A DNA stretch of 15,939 nucleotides from NCBI GenBank assembly GCA_048882045.1, contig JBHLRZ010000053.1, positions 1 to 15,939 of the forward strand. Direction: 5' to 3'. Both the position numbers and the translations under genes were made by a program. Positions 1 to 9,116 of this stretch are shown here, one piece after another. Source of the stretch: Candidatus Thorarchaeota archaeon. Lineage in GTDB: Archaea > Asgardarchaeota > Thorarchaeia > Thorarchaeales > Thorarchaeaceae. A model generated the notes under the pieces. It saw nothing but the letters and a program-made list of their open reading frames with translations. It was not told where the DNA came from and made no database searches. Numbering within the stretch: the first letter of the stretch is position 1; each line of letters opens with the position of its first letter.

Positions 1-3000
1 ACAATCGTCATCGATACATCTAGTTTAGGTGGGGTTGGTCAGATTACACTACACCTTAATTTGACTTGGTCAGGTACTCCTTTCTATGCGGATGTACAAA
101 ATCAAGAGTTTGTAGTGCTTGTCTTACTACGGAGTTCACAACTAACACATGTACCATTCACACCCGGTCAATGGGGAAATAATGTCACAATAGAGTTTGT
201 CTACACGGACATAATCTCTGGAACTACTACTGGAATGTTAGGTACTCTGACCCTGGACATAGGAGCATCTTTCTATACAGTCACACCTGGTGCGGAAGGT
301 CACTTCACCGTTGTTTTGAATTCATCAGCGTTCGGTCCACCGGGACTGTACTACTTGAATGCAAGTATCGTCTATGAGGGCTCAAACTACGTGAGTGATG
401 CATTCGAGTACTTTGCGTTTACTGTTCTTGAAAGATCAACTCAGATAGGTTATGAGAGTCCAGACAATGCACCGTATCTCTCCAACGTGACATTTGTAAT
501 TACATATACTGATGACAGCACAGGCTCTGGTATCACAGGTGCAATGGTTGTTGTATCAAGTGATCCATTGGTTTTGGTACTAGGAACCGATTATTGGATT
601 ACTGATCTTGGTCTTGGAGAGTATCTCATCGAAGTAGATTCATCCTCTCTTGGTGCGCCTGCAGCGTATCAACTCAATGTCACAGTATCCTATTCTGGAG
701 CACCATACTATCTCACATCTCTTAGAACAATTTCTGCTAACGTGGTTCATCGACCAACACAAATACGTATTGTTGAAACTCCGGGTAACACTCCATTCCT
801 TGAGAATGTGTCATTCAGTTTCGTGTTTGAAGACTTCTTAGATAAGTCATTCATTACAATCGACAAGAGCCACATCACATTGAGTCATGGAGTCAGTGAA
901 ACCTTGATACCTGCTGGAGAATACAGGCTCTCTAACTTTGGTACTTACTATCAAATTTCTTTCAACTCAACAATATTGGATGCATTCAGCCTTGTGACAA
1001 GCCATGATATTCAAATGCTAATTGAATGGACATCAGGATCACCTTTCTATTCTAATCGAACTACGACTACTCAGGCATCAACTACAAACCGACCAACAGT
1101 CATCCTCTTCCCACTCGTGGAAGAAAGTCCGTACTTTGATAATATCACAATCGATCTTGAGTATATTGACTTTCTCACAGGAACGGGCATTGATGGTGCC
1201 AATGTTGTACTTTCAACTAGTAATTGGACGGTTCCCTCCTATCAGTTGATTATTCTTGGGAACGGTGTCTATCAACTAGTTGTGAACACCACTGTGTTTG
1301 GTGCAACTGGTACAGTCTATTTTGATATAACAGTCACTTGGAGCGGCGCACCATTCTATTCGGATAGGGACGCCCTCAATATCCCTGCGAAAATCAGGCA
1401 TGTTCAAACTTCATTAATTGCTGAGGCTCCTCCAGCTGGTTCTACGGCTGTTGGTGTTCCAATTACTGTCGTTCTCACCTTGGAGGACTTTGATCATGAC
1501 AGACTCCTTGAAGGTGCAGTTATCGCAGCAGACTGGACTATCATTACAGGGAATTCATATCAATGGGTTGAAATCGGGAACGGAGTTTACGAACTAACTC
1601 TCAACACAACAGGTCTTGTAGCACAACAATATTGGATATCTGTCACTGCTACCAAGACTTTCTACCAGGTTGCACAAGCCCAAGTGTTAGTTCAACCAGG
1701 TGCACAGATTGTCGAAATCGTTCTCAGTCAATCTACGTACTATGGAGACTGGGGAGAGATTGTGAACATCAGTTTCTGGATTCAAGAACCATTCTACTTA
1801 ACGTACGTTGAAGGATTCGACTCAACCCTCCTATGGAATGGAACAATCTACTACTTCACTGACACTGGTACTGGCTTCTATTATCTACTACTCGATTCGT
1901 CCGATGCAGATTTTGGTATCTATAATCCTCAGATTACTGTGTCGCGTGAATTCTACCAGACAAGGCAGAAGAGCTTCACTCTGGTTGTTTCTAAAGCACC
2001 TGGTGTTATACTACCTCTCCAATCAACCTATGATGCTGTAGTGGATACAAGCATAGACATCTATGTCTACTTGAATAACACCGTTACTGGTGCTCCCGTT
2101 ACTGGAGCAGTAGTGACAATGGAATGGAATGGAACAGTTTCAGGACTGACAGCTACTGGAGTGCCAGGATGGTATACTGGTTCAGTTGATGTTACTGGCT
2201 TTGCAATTGGTGTATTCCCGCTCACAGTTCGCGCAGTAACGACCAATGTCCAATTCATCGACACCAACATTGACATCAATATTATACCCATACCTACAAC
2301 CATCGCAGCATCAGATGGCAGTATAATCCGCTATGTCTACTTTGGGGAAACATTGTCAATTCTAGCAGTGTATAATGACACGTACAACAATGTTCTATTA
2401 CCTGGAGGAATAGTCACATACACTCTTGGAGATCTGAGTGGATCCTTTACCGATGAACTGAACGGTTCCTATAGTGTTGTTATTGATGTAAGCTCTCTCG
2501 CTTCTCAATCAATCTATCTCAGAATGGTCGCGACAAAGGCTGGATATGCTACTGCAATCAAGTCAATCGTGATAACTATCTTACCCATTCCAACTGAAGT
2601 GTCTGTATCACCACTTCTACAGAGTGGCTATGCTGGTGATACGCTGACATACTACTTCAACTTCACAGACACTCAGCACGATACGCCTGTTGTAGGAGCT
2701 AATGTTCTCGCAAGTTGGCAGGGTGGAGATGCAATAGTAAATGACCTAGCTAATGGTACTTACCAGGTCATTGTGTTGATCAATGTGGATATTCCTGGAC
2801 TATATGACTTAGTGGTGAGATTTGACCTTACCAATTTCACTACAAGAACACTCACAGCGAAGGTGGAGGTGTATGCGACACCTGCAGTTATTGAAGGACC
2901 AACACTGGTTTCAGTCCCAATCAACGAACCTACATCAATCATCTATAATGTCATTAACCAGATTGATGACTCACATATCACAGACATCATTGGAATAGCC

Positions 3001-4113
3001 TATTCCACCCAACTTGGCGAAACCGAACTTGAGCTATTAGGCAATGGCTCGTACTCCCTAAACCTCGCGGGCGACTTGTTCTATGGAACATATGTCTTTG
3101 ATATCGCATTTGGTACAGTGAAGTACTCCCTTGCTCCAATGCACCTTGAAGTGAGAATCAGACCAGTTGATACTCAACTGGTGTATCTAAATGATACAGT
3201 CATCACATCTCCTGGAGTTCTCTTCAGTGTTTCAATAACATATTTCGATGTTGACCACAGAATTGGTATCTCTGATGCGAACATATCGGTCCAAGCCAGT
3301 CAAACCAATATTACCTACTGGGCTGACAGAACAACTGATGAACTTGGAACTTACACATTGTGGTTTACGGCTGAGAGAGACCGGACATTCACAGTGACCA
3401 TCTTCTTCGAGAAGGAGGATTATGAATCTCAGCAGTTCATCCTAACTATCAAATCTGACATAAGCTCACAACAGCAGTTTCAGCAGGCTTTGATAGTTGG
3501 CGGAAGTTCAGCTCTGATTCTGATTGCTATGCTTATTGTCGCGTACGTCCGAGTATGGAGTATACCCAAACAGATACGTGCAATTAACAGGATGATGCGA
3601 GCTCTATCTAAGGGCAGGATACCAAAACCTGCAAGTGCTCCTACTAGACGTTTTATATCAATGGAGATTGTCAATGAGGAAGCTAGCGCTCTTAAAATCA
3701 GAAAGGACTCGTCTGAGATCTGGGAGTATCCCATAGAAACTACAATACCAGAAGTGAATGAGCTCTTGGAAGAGCTTGCCATGATCACTGGACTCGGTGA
3801 GGTAGAGATCGAAGCATTCAAGGCTGACCTTGCTCGCATGAGGGCTTCCGAGAGACCTGGTTTCTTGAAGGAAGTCATCGAACAGGAGAGGGCACGACGT
3901 GCTGATGTCTTGGCTAAGCCACCTGAGGGTGAGCCCGCTCCTGACAAAGTACCCCTTGCTCAACGACCTGAGGAGCTGGAGGATCTACGTCAGAAACTCC
4001 TGAAGAAAGGCATGGCTAGCGATGAGATTGATGTCATCATCGAGGAGGCCAAGAGTCTTTCAAAGGCTGACTTGGATGCCCTGCTCAGTAGTCTTGGAAT
4101 AGACATGGATTAA
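1..4113 (+). CDS. Very large single-pass cell-surface (adhesin/S-layer-like) glycoprotein with tandem Ig-like beta-sandwich repeats, C-terminal TM helix and ~185-aa cytoplasmic tail; 5'-truncated by window edge
   Basis: Frame is open from base 1 (TIVIDTSSLGGVGQITLHLNLTWSG...), so the TTG at 61 is not the real start. T/S/V/Y-rich beta-type sequence with recurring R(S/P)TQI, P(Y/F)xxNV(T/S), GIxGAxV, LGNGxYxL motifs. Hydrophobic helix ALIVGGSSALILIAMLIVAYV (3487-3549) is followed by a basic stretch (RVWSIPKQIRAINRMMR) and a charged helical tail. Confidence 0.9.
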   Translation, partial: TIVIDTSSLGGVGQITLHLNLTWSGTPFYADVQNQEFVVLVLLRSSQLTHVPFTPGQWGNNVTIEFVYTDIISGTTTGMLGTLTLDIGASFYTVTPGAEGHFTVVLNSSAFGPPGLYYLNASIVYEGSNYVSDAFEYFAFTVLERSTQIGYESPDNAPYLSNVTFVITYTDDSTGSGITGAMVVVSSDPLVLVLGTDYWITDLGLGEYLIEVDSSSLGAPAAYQLNVTVSYSGAPYYLTSLRTISANVVHRPTQIRIVETPGNTPFLENVSFSFVFEDFLDKSFITIDKSHITLSHGVSETLIPAGEYRLSNFGTYYQISFNSTILDAFSLVTSHDIQMLIEWTSGSPFYSNRTTTTQASTTNRPTVILFPLVEESPYFDNITIDLEYIDFLTGTGIDGANVVLSTSNWTVPSYQLIILGNGVYQLVVNTTVFGATGTVYFDITVTWSGAPFYSDRDALNIPAKIRHVQTSLIAEAPPAGSTAVGVPITVVLTLEDFDHDRLLEGAVIAADWTIITGNSYQWVEIGNGVYELTLNTTGLVAQQYWISVTATKTFYQVAQAQVLVQPGAQIVEIVLSQSTYYGDWGEIVNISFWIQEPFYLTYVEGFDSTLLWNGTIYYFTDTGTGFYYLLLDSSDADFGIYNPQITVSREFYQTRQKSFTLVVSKAPGVILPLQSTYDAVVDTSIDIYVYLNNTVTGAPVTGAVVTMEWNGTVSGLTATGVPGWYTGSVDVTGFAIGVFPLTVRAVTTNVQFIDTNIDINIIPIPTTIAASDGSIIRYVYFGETLSILAVYNDTYNNVLLPGGIVTYTLGDLSGSFTDELNGSYSVVIDVSSLASQSIYLRMVATKAGYATAIKSIVITILPIPTEVSVSPLLQSGYAGDTLTYYFNFTDTQHDTPVVGANVLASWQGGDAIVNDLANGTYQVIVLINVDIPGLYDLVVRFDLTNFTTRTLTAKVEVYATPAVIEGPTLVSVPINEPTSIIYNVINQIDDSHITDIIGIAYSTQLGETELELLGNGSYSLNLAGDLFYGTYVFDIAFGTVKYSLAPMHLEVRIRPVDTQLVYLNDTVITSPGVLFSVSITYFDVDHRIGISDANISVQASQTNITYWADRTTDELGTYTLWFTAERDRTFTVTIFFEKEDYESQQFILTIKSDISSQQQFQQALIVGGSSALILIAMLIVAYVRVWSIPKQIRAINRMMRALSKGRIPKPASAPTRRFISMEIVNEEASALKIRKDSSEIWEYPIETTIPEVNELLEELAMITGLGEVEIEAFKADLARMRASERPGFLKEVIEQERARRADVLAKPPEGEPAPDKVPLAQRPEELEDLRQKLLKKGMASDEIDVIIEEAKSLSKADLDALLSSLGIDMD
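67..3450 (+). repeat. About 11 complete degenerate ~100-110 aa protein-level repeats (Ig-like domains) in the surface protein
   Basis: Units begin at LRSSQL, ERSTQI, HRPTQI, NRPTVI, HVQTSL, GAQIVEI, KAPGVI, PIPTTI, PIPTEV, ATPAVI, RPVDTQL. Most contain a YxD..G(I/V)xGAxV segment and a GxY hairpin. Not recognisable as DNA-level repeats. Confidence 0.75.
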
Positions 4114-4121
4114 ATTACTAA

Positions 4122-4156
4122 ACCAGCTAGATTCAATCCGGCTGGTGTTCTATTTC
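4122..4156 (+). terminator. Stem-loop just after the surface protein stop codon (terminator or 3' stabilising hairpin)
   Basis: ACCAGC (4122-4127) pairs with GCTGGT (4141-4146), with inner GATT/AATC; followed by T-rich GTTCTATTTC. Confidence 0.45.
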
Positions 4157-4206
4157 ATGAGGACTAGAGAGAAGAGTTAAGTGAGATTACATTTCTTTCG
4201 ACCACT

Positions 4207-5295
4207 ATGGACCTCAATGAAAAGATGAAACTAATCACGGGCGTAGGTGAGGAAGTAGTTACTGAGCCTGAACTTAGGGCACTATTAGAAGAGAAACCGC
4301 AACCAATAGCTTATGACGGATTTGAACCGTCTGGACTTGCACATCTCCCCTTTGGTGTTTTTAGATCTCTTCTGTTAAAAGATCTAATCAAGGCAGGCAT
4401 CAAGTTCAAGATCTGGTTAGCGGATTGGTTTGCTTGGATTAACAACAAGATGGATGGTGATCTTGGAAAAATCCAGCATGTAGGTGAATATTTCATTGAG
4501 GTATGGAAGGCAGCTGGAGTTCCTACAGACAAGGTAGAATTCCTTTGGGCATCTGAAGCCATGGATTCAGTTGATTACTGGTCTCGTGTTGTCAAAGTTG
4601 CCAAGAATACCACAGTGGCAAGAGCAACTAGAGCTCTTACCATCATGGGACGCCGGGAAGGCGAGATGAATGAAGTTGCACAATACTTCTACCCAATGAT
4701 GCAAGTAGCAGACATCTTCCATTTGGGTGCAGACATCACACAACTAGGTCTTGACCAGAGAAGAGCCAATATCCTAGCTCGAGAAATTGGACCAAAGCTT
4801 GGCTGGTGGAAACCGGTCGTAATTAGCCATCATATGCTCATGAATCTGGAAGGGGCTGCTGAACCTGAGGGGTATGACGAAGAGAGTTCAATCGACATTC
4901 AAATCTCCTCAAAGATGAGTAAAAGCAAACCATCATCGAGTGTGTTTGTCCACGATACAACCGAGGAGATTCGCAAAAAGATAATGGATGCTTTCTGTCC
5001 TCCAAAGGAAGTTGCAACTAATCCCCTGCTGGATTGGGCAAAACATGTTGTTTTCCGCGGTTTCGATAGTGTGACTGTAGAGAGAAAGGAGAAGTTCGGT
5101 GGAGATATCGAATTCGTGAGCTACAACGATTTGGAGAAGGCATATGTTGAAGGAAATCTTCATCCTCTTGACTTGAAGAACATGATGACCATATACATTG
5201 ACAAGATGGTCGATCCAATACGCACTCACTTTGAGAAGAAGAAGAGTGCTAGAGAGATGCTGGAACTTGTTAAGAATTATCAGATAACTCGATAA
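4207..5295 (+). CDS. tyrS: Tyrosine--tRNA ligase (archaeal/eukaryotic type)
   Basis: AYDGFEPSG, HIGH-equivalent HLPF(G), LADWFAWINNK, YPMMQVADIF, GLDQRRAN, KMSKS (4912-4926), AFCPP, LHPLDLK. Confidence 0.97.
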   Translation: MDLNEKMKLITGVGEEVVTEPELRALLEEKPQPIAYDGFEPSGLAHLPFGVFRSLLLKDLIKAGIKFKIWLADWFAWINNKMDGDLGKIQHVGEYFIEVWKAAGVPTDKVEFLWASEAMDSVDYWSRVVKVAKNTTVARATRALTIMGRREGEMNEVAQYFYPMMQVADIFHLGADITQLGLDQRRANILAREIGPKLGWWKPVVISHHMLMNLEGAAEPEGYDEESSIDIQISSKMSKSKPSSSVFVHDTTEEIRKKIMDAFCPPKEVATNPLLDWAKHVVFRGFDSVTVERKEKFGGDIEFVSYNDLEKAYVEGNLHPLDLKNMMTIYIDKMVDPIRTHFEKKKSAREMLELVKNYQITR

Positions 5296-6301
5296 TCTTT
5301 CTTGTTCTTCGAGTAACAAAACCAAGCGCAATGAAACCAACAATGACACTAAACCACAGTGTCACAACCCGAATGATTATGGTTGCTACACTTGCTTGTG
5401 CCTGTGCCATTCCAAGGAGGAACTGTATCAATGCCACTGATGTTATCTCATATGTCCCTACTCCTCCGGGGAGAAAGGAGATCGCACCGATTATTGATGC
5501 GGTTGCATGTACGAAAGTTGCCTGCAACAGAAGAACCAATGATGCAGGGTCAAGGGTCGGAAGCCCTGCACCAGACAGAAGACTCAACAACAGCCAGAGC
5601 TCAAGACACTCCATGAACCAACCTGGAATACTTATTGTCGTACTAACAACGAGTGGCGTTGGACTAAGTGTCTGTGTCATTGTGTTCTCAATGTCATCTA
5701 CGCTGTCTTGAAACCTCTTTAGAGGACCAAAAGATGTGAAACGTTTCAAGATTTTCTGATAGAATGTCTTCTGACTCAAAATTAAGGCTCCAACAAAGAC
5801 TACTCCCCCAAGCAGAGCAACAGTCAGCAATTGGTCTCCAGTGTTGATACCAATTGAAAATCCAATCATTGCCAAAAGGACCAGGGCAAGAAGATCGGTG
5901 ACTCGTTCAGATACCACAACTGGGACTGTCTTAGCTATTGGAGTTCTGTCAATATCGCGAATGAAGAAGCCCTTTACAGCTTCTCCAATTTTCCCTGGTG
6001 TTGTAGTAAGAGTAAAACCAGCAAGAAAAATGCTGAAGCTGTCGATGTGAGAGAGATTGACATCAATTCGCCTAAGGAAGTACTGCCATTTTACATATCG
6101 AATGATGTAGTTAAGAAATGACAATGCCATCATTGTTGGAATTACAATCCACCAATCGATTAAAGAGAGTGCTGAAATTACGTCGTCTAATTGTCCATAG
6201 AGGCCAACAGCCGCAAACACAATCACACTGAATATTACGAAGAGAATCAACTTTCGGGTGCTTATCATGGACTGCTCTTTTGATTCCTCACCAAGCGTCA
6301 T
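5270..6301 (-). CDS. Lysylphosphatidylglycerol-synthase TM domain / UPF0104 (AglD2-like) flippase-like membrane protein
   Basis: About 8 TM helices; family motifs R..KW..FL, TTPGKIGEAVK, VVSERVTDL, SFLPGGVGTYE, IIRVVTLW. Start uncertain (6307, 6301 or 6268). 3' end overlaps tyrS convergently by 26 nt. Confidence 0.85.
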   Translation of the reverse strand: MTLGEESKEQSMISTRKLILFVIFSVIVFAAVGLYGQLDDVISALSLIDWWIVIPTMMALSFLNYIIRYVKWQYFLRRIDVNLSHIDSFSIFLAGFTLTTTPGKIGEAVKGFFIRDIDRTPIAKTVPVVVSERVTDLLALVLLAMIGFSIGINTGDQLLTVALLGGVVFVGALILSQKTFYQKILKRFTSFGPLKRFQDSVDDIENTMTQTLSPTPLVVSTTISIPGWFMECLELWLLLSLLSGAGLPTLDPASLVLLLQATFVHATASIIGAISFLPGGVGTYEITSVALIQFLLGMAQAQASVATIIIRVVTLWFSVIVGFIALGFVTRRTRKIIELSDNS

Positions 6302-6968
6302 ATGCAATCTTCCTCACTCTTTGCCATAGCATTGTTGGAATGTGAAGCATGAAGAAGGACGGCCACCCAGTTATCTGTGTCCTACCTTTCTTCAGCTCCT
6401 CGTAAATGTCATCAGCAGTTTCGATATCCTGCAGCCATGTCTTTGCATGACCCATTTCCCAAGAGGTATGACCATCACTCCCAGCTGTCATTGGTTTGTT
6501 CAATCTTTTGGCAAGTTTCTGTGCACGCTTGTTGAAGTAATCAAAGATACATCGGGAATTGATCCCTTCAATGAGGTCAACGTGTCTAGATATCAACTCA
6601 TCAGGCAGTCCTTTCCTTATTGCAGCATCCTTTCGCAAAATGTCTCTTGGATGAGGCAGGACGACCAGTCCATTGTTGTCGTGAACATCTTCTGAAATCT
6701 CTGCAAAGGTGCGATTCTCTATGTGTTTGGAAACAAAGACACCTATAACTTCGCCATAGTCAGTCGTCTTGTACTCACAGGCGGGTATTATGAACCGTCC
6801 TTCTCGTTCAATGACCTTGAGTGTGGCTGCTCTCCAGTGTTCCGTAGGAGCGACACCTCTGAGACCTTTCTGCTTCATCATCTTGAAGAGTGAGTAGGGA
6901 TTTTGCATACCATCCTTACTGTGGATAGTATGCATGTGGAAGTCAAATGCTGAGAGTCGGGAATTCAT
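6288..6968 (-). CDS. PHP-family metal-dependent phosphoesterase
   Basis: DFHMHT (HxH), TEH, ACE, LPHP, IEGINSR, AGSDGH metal-binding motifs. ATG at 6968 is preceded by SD-like AGGTG; alternative GTG start at 6977. Confidence 0.9.
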   Translation of the reverse strand: MNSRLSAFDFHMHTIHSKDGMQNPYSLFKMMKQKGLRGVAPTEHWRAATLKVIEREGRFIIPACEYKTTDYGEVIGVFVSKHIENRTFAEISEDVHDNNGLVVLPHPRDILRKDAAIRKGLPDELISRHVDLIEGINSRCIFDYFNKRAQKLAKRLNKPMTAGSDGHTSWEMGHAKTWLQDIETADDIYEELKKGRTQITGWPSFFMLHIPTMLWQRVRKIAYDAW

Positions 6969-6977
6969 CTGGCGCAC

Positions 6978-7931
6978 CTATGGGATCCATGCTGTAATAG
7001 AATTCCAGAATGCCCAGAATGCATTTTCTATAGCTACCCAAAAGAACAGTGTCCAAAGAAGGGTGACAAGGAAGATGACTATTCCAATTGAAATGCCAAA
7101 ATCCTTGAAAGCAAGAAGAGGCTTTCTTCCCACTGGGCTTCCTATTTGTATTAGGTATACATATCTCATGACTATTCCTGCAACAACTGGAACTGTCAAC
7201 ATAATGGGCTGTTGCTCCATGACTGCTCCATATTTGTTGAAGCAGTAGAGTGTGTAGAAGAAGATGAACCATGTTGCAGACATGGTAATTCCCTGATCGA
7301 GGATTTTCTCTGTGTATTGAGTGAACACAGGTTTGTGTTCAGCAGCCTTCTCACCTAGATATTGTAGCTCGTTTTTCCGTTTGCCAAATCCGAGTACCAA
7401 AGCGAAGAAGAATACTCCGATCACAAGCCATGATGTGAAGTTTTCATCAATAAGGAATGCTCCTGAGATTGCTCTTATAATGAATCCGACCGCAATTGTA
7501 ACAACATCAACGATTGCCCATTTCCTCAAATATGCATTATAGAGTTGGGTGGTTATGAGGTAGATAATTAGGCATATGAAGAACAGTGCATTGAGATAGA
7601 TTCCCAGAGTGAAACCAGATACAAGAAGGATGATCGCTAGTATCATTGAAGTCCTTCTAGATACCTCACCTGATGGCAATGGTCTATTTTTTTTCTCAGG
7701 ATGGGCTGCATCAGCCTCAAGGTCTTGTATATCATTGAAGATGTAGGTTGCGCTTGAAACTGCACAGAATGCTAAGAATCCTAGAATCAATGGTGGATAG
7801 TAAGTGAAGTTCAATACTTTGGGAATTGCTGGGTAAGGATCAACTTCCGCAAAGATGATTGCCAGGAATACAAGGACATTCTTGTACCACTGTGCTGGTC
7901 TCATGAGTCTAAGATATTGATAGAATCCCAT
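6978..7931 (-). CDS. UbiA-superfamily prenyltransferase, decaprenyl-phosphate phosphoribosyltransferase (DPPR synthase) type
   Basis: RLMRPAQWYKNVLVF, YIFNDIQDLEADAAHPEKKNRPLPSG, GFIIRAISG, GFGKRKNEL match the mycobacterial Rv3806c-type subfamily pattern (RPxQWxKN ... NDxxDxxxDxxHPxKxxRP ... KRxxEL); about 9 TM helices. Confidence 0.88.
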   Translation of the reverse strand: MGFYQYLRLMRPAQWYKNVLVFLAIIFAEVDPYPAIPKVLNFTYYPPLILGFLAFCAVSSATYIFNDIQDLEADAAHPEKKNRPLPSGEVSRRTSMILAIILLVSGFTLGIYLNALFFICLIIYLITTQLYNAYLRKWAIVDVVTIAVGFIIRAISGAFLIDENFTSWLVIGVFFFALVLGFGKRKNELQYLGEKAAEHKPVFTQYTEKILDQGITMSATWFIFFYTLYCFNKYGAVMEQQPIMLTVPVVAGIVMRYVYLIQIGSPVGRKPLLAFKDFGISIGIVIFLVTLLWTLFFWVAIENAFWAFWNSITAWIP

Positions 7932-7946
7932 TAGCTACATTCTCCA

Positions 7947-9023
7947 TTATTCGGAATATGAATCCCACAGTTTGCCCCATTCAGTTTCCAAGAACCACTT
8001 GACCCATTTCTTTCCCTTTAGGGGTAACCAGATGCCATCGTGATAAAGTCCACTGAGCTGGGTAGGAAGCCACATCAATGGAGACCGGAACATGAATCTT
8101 TCCATTCCGGGAAACTTGAGAAATCCGCGATTCCAAGCAATTACGGGACTCTTCCCAGGATTCAGGTTGAAGTTTGGAAGGTCTTCCCATGACTCAAAAT
8201 CGCCAACAATCTCAATCTTCTCAGGATTTGACTCTCCAAGACCTAGCTCGTTTGCGATCTGTAGTTTGTGTACACACGTCTGGTCAATTCCCATCAATCT
8301 TGTCTGGACAGTATCCGCAGCTACCATGTCAGCTGTAGCAATGAGTACATTCCCAATTTTTGGAATCATAGTTCTGGGACCTGCTCCATCACCGATAATT
8401 GTCCCATCAGTCAAAACAAACTCTGAATGAGATACTGTCTGTTGCATGAGCAAGAGGTCTACAAGTACTTCATGGATCTTTAGATGCGCCAAGTGTCGCT
8501 TTTTTGTTAAATAGAGTCCAAATGAGTCCTTCATCGCTCCAGTCATTTGAGTGTGTCCATGAGTCTTGATTGTGGGTAGATGAATGATGTTGGTTCCAAA
8601 GATCTCCTTAGGAGCAATTGTTTCTCCAAATATACCCTTAAGGACCAAAGTTTTCTCTGGGAGGTCTACATCTACATACGTAGCTTTTATGAGTGGAAGA
8701 AACTTGATCCTATGTTTCTTCATCACAGGCCACCAGTTATTGTTCTTAACTCCAGCGTAGATGTTGGTCACGACTGTTTCGTTTTCGACAGCCTGAATCT
8801 TCCGATTATCAAATCCATCAGCGAGCAATTTTCTGAGTAAGCCGTCGAAGATGTACGGGTTTGTTGAGCAAGCAGGATAGAGCTTACTCCATGAGAGATT
8901 GAGTTTTACACTTGTGGTGACATCCTTTGAAACAAACTTGTCATAGTCTGCTAAATCCATGACTCTGGCTATATCATCATAAACCGTCTTAGGAGTAGTC
9001 TTGACCACAGCAACTTTAGGCAT
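7947..9023 (-). CDS. DUF362 domain protein
   Basis: VKLNLS...STNP, IHLPTIKTHGHTQMTGAMKDSFG, LTDGTIIGDGAGP, DMVAADTV..LMG are the typical DUF362 blocks. No ferredoxin extension. Confidence 0.88.
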   Translation of the reverse strand: MPKVAVVKTTPKTVYDDIARVMDLADYDKFVSKDVTTSVKLNLSWSKLYPACSTNPYIFDGLLRKLLADGFDNRKIQAVENETVVTNIYAGVKNNNWWPVMKKHRIKFLPLIKATYVDVDLPEKTLVLKGIFGETIAPKEIFGTNIIHLPTIKTHGHTQMTGAMKDSFGLYLTKKRHLAHLKIHEVLVDLLLMQQTVSHSEFVLTDGTIIGDGAGPRTMIPKIGNVLIATADMVAADTVQTRLMGIDQTCVHKLQIANELGLGESNPEKIEIVGDFESWEDLPNFNLNPGKSPVIAWNRGFLKFPGMERFMFRSPLMWLPTQLSGLYHDGIWLPLKGKKWVKWFLETEWGKLWDSYSE

Positions 9024-9069
9024 AGTAGAATCAGCTCATACCCTTGTCTGATGCTGTTCGTGAGAAGGT

Positions 9070-9090
9070 GTTGTTCTTAAACTTGCCTCA
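9070..9090 (-). promoter_or_regulatory. Putative archaeal promoter (BRE/TATA) for the DUF362 operon
   Basis: Minus strand GAGGCAAG-TTTAAG (TATA at 9081-9076) in the only sizeable gap (93 bp) of this gene run, about 55 bp before the ATG. Confidence 0.4.
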
Positions 9091-9116
9091 ATAGGAGGAG
9101 TTGCACTACTTCCAAT

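Noticed and set aside
9089-9113. Similarity of AATAGGAGG...ACTTC here to 15450-15474
   Set aside because: Only a 9-nt exact match in unrelated contexts and opposite gene orientation; compatible with chance.
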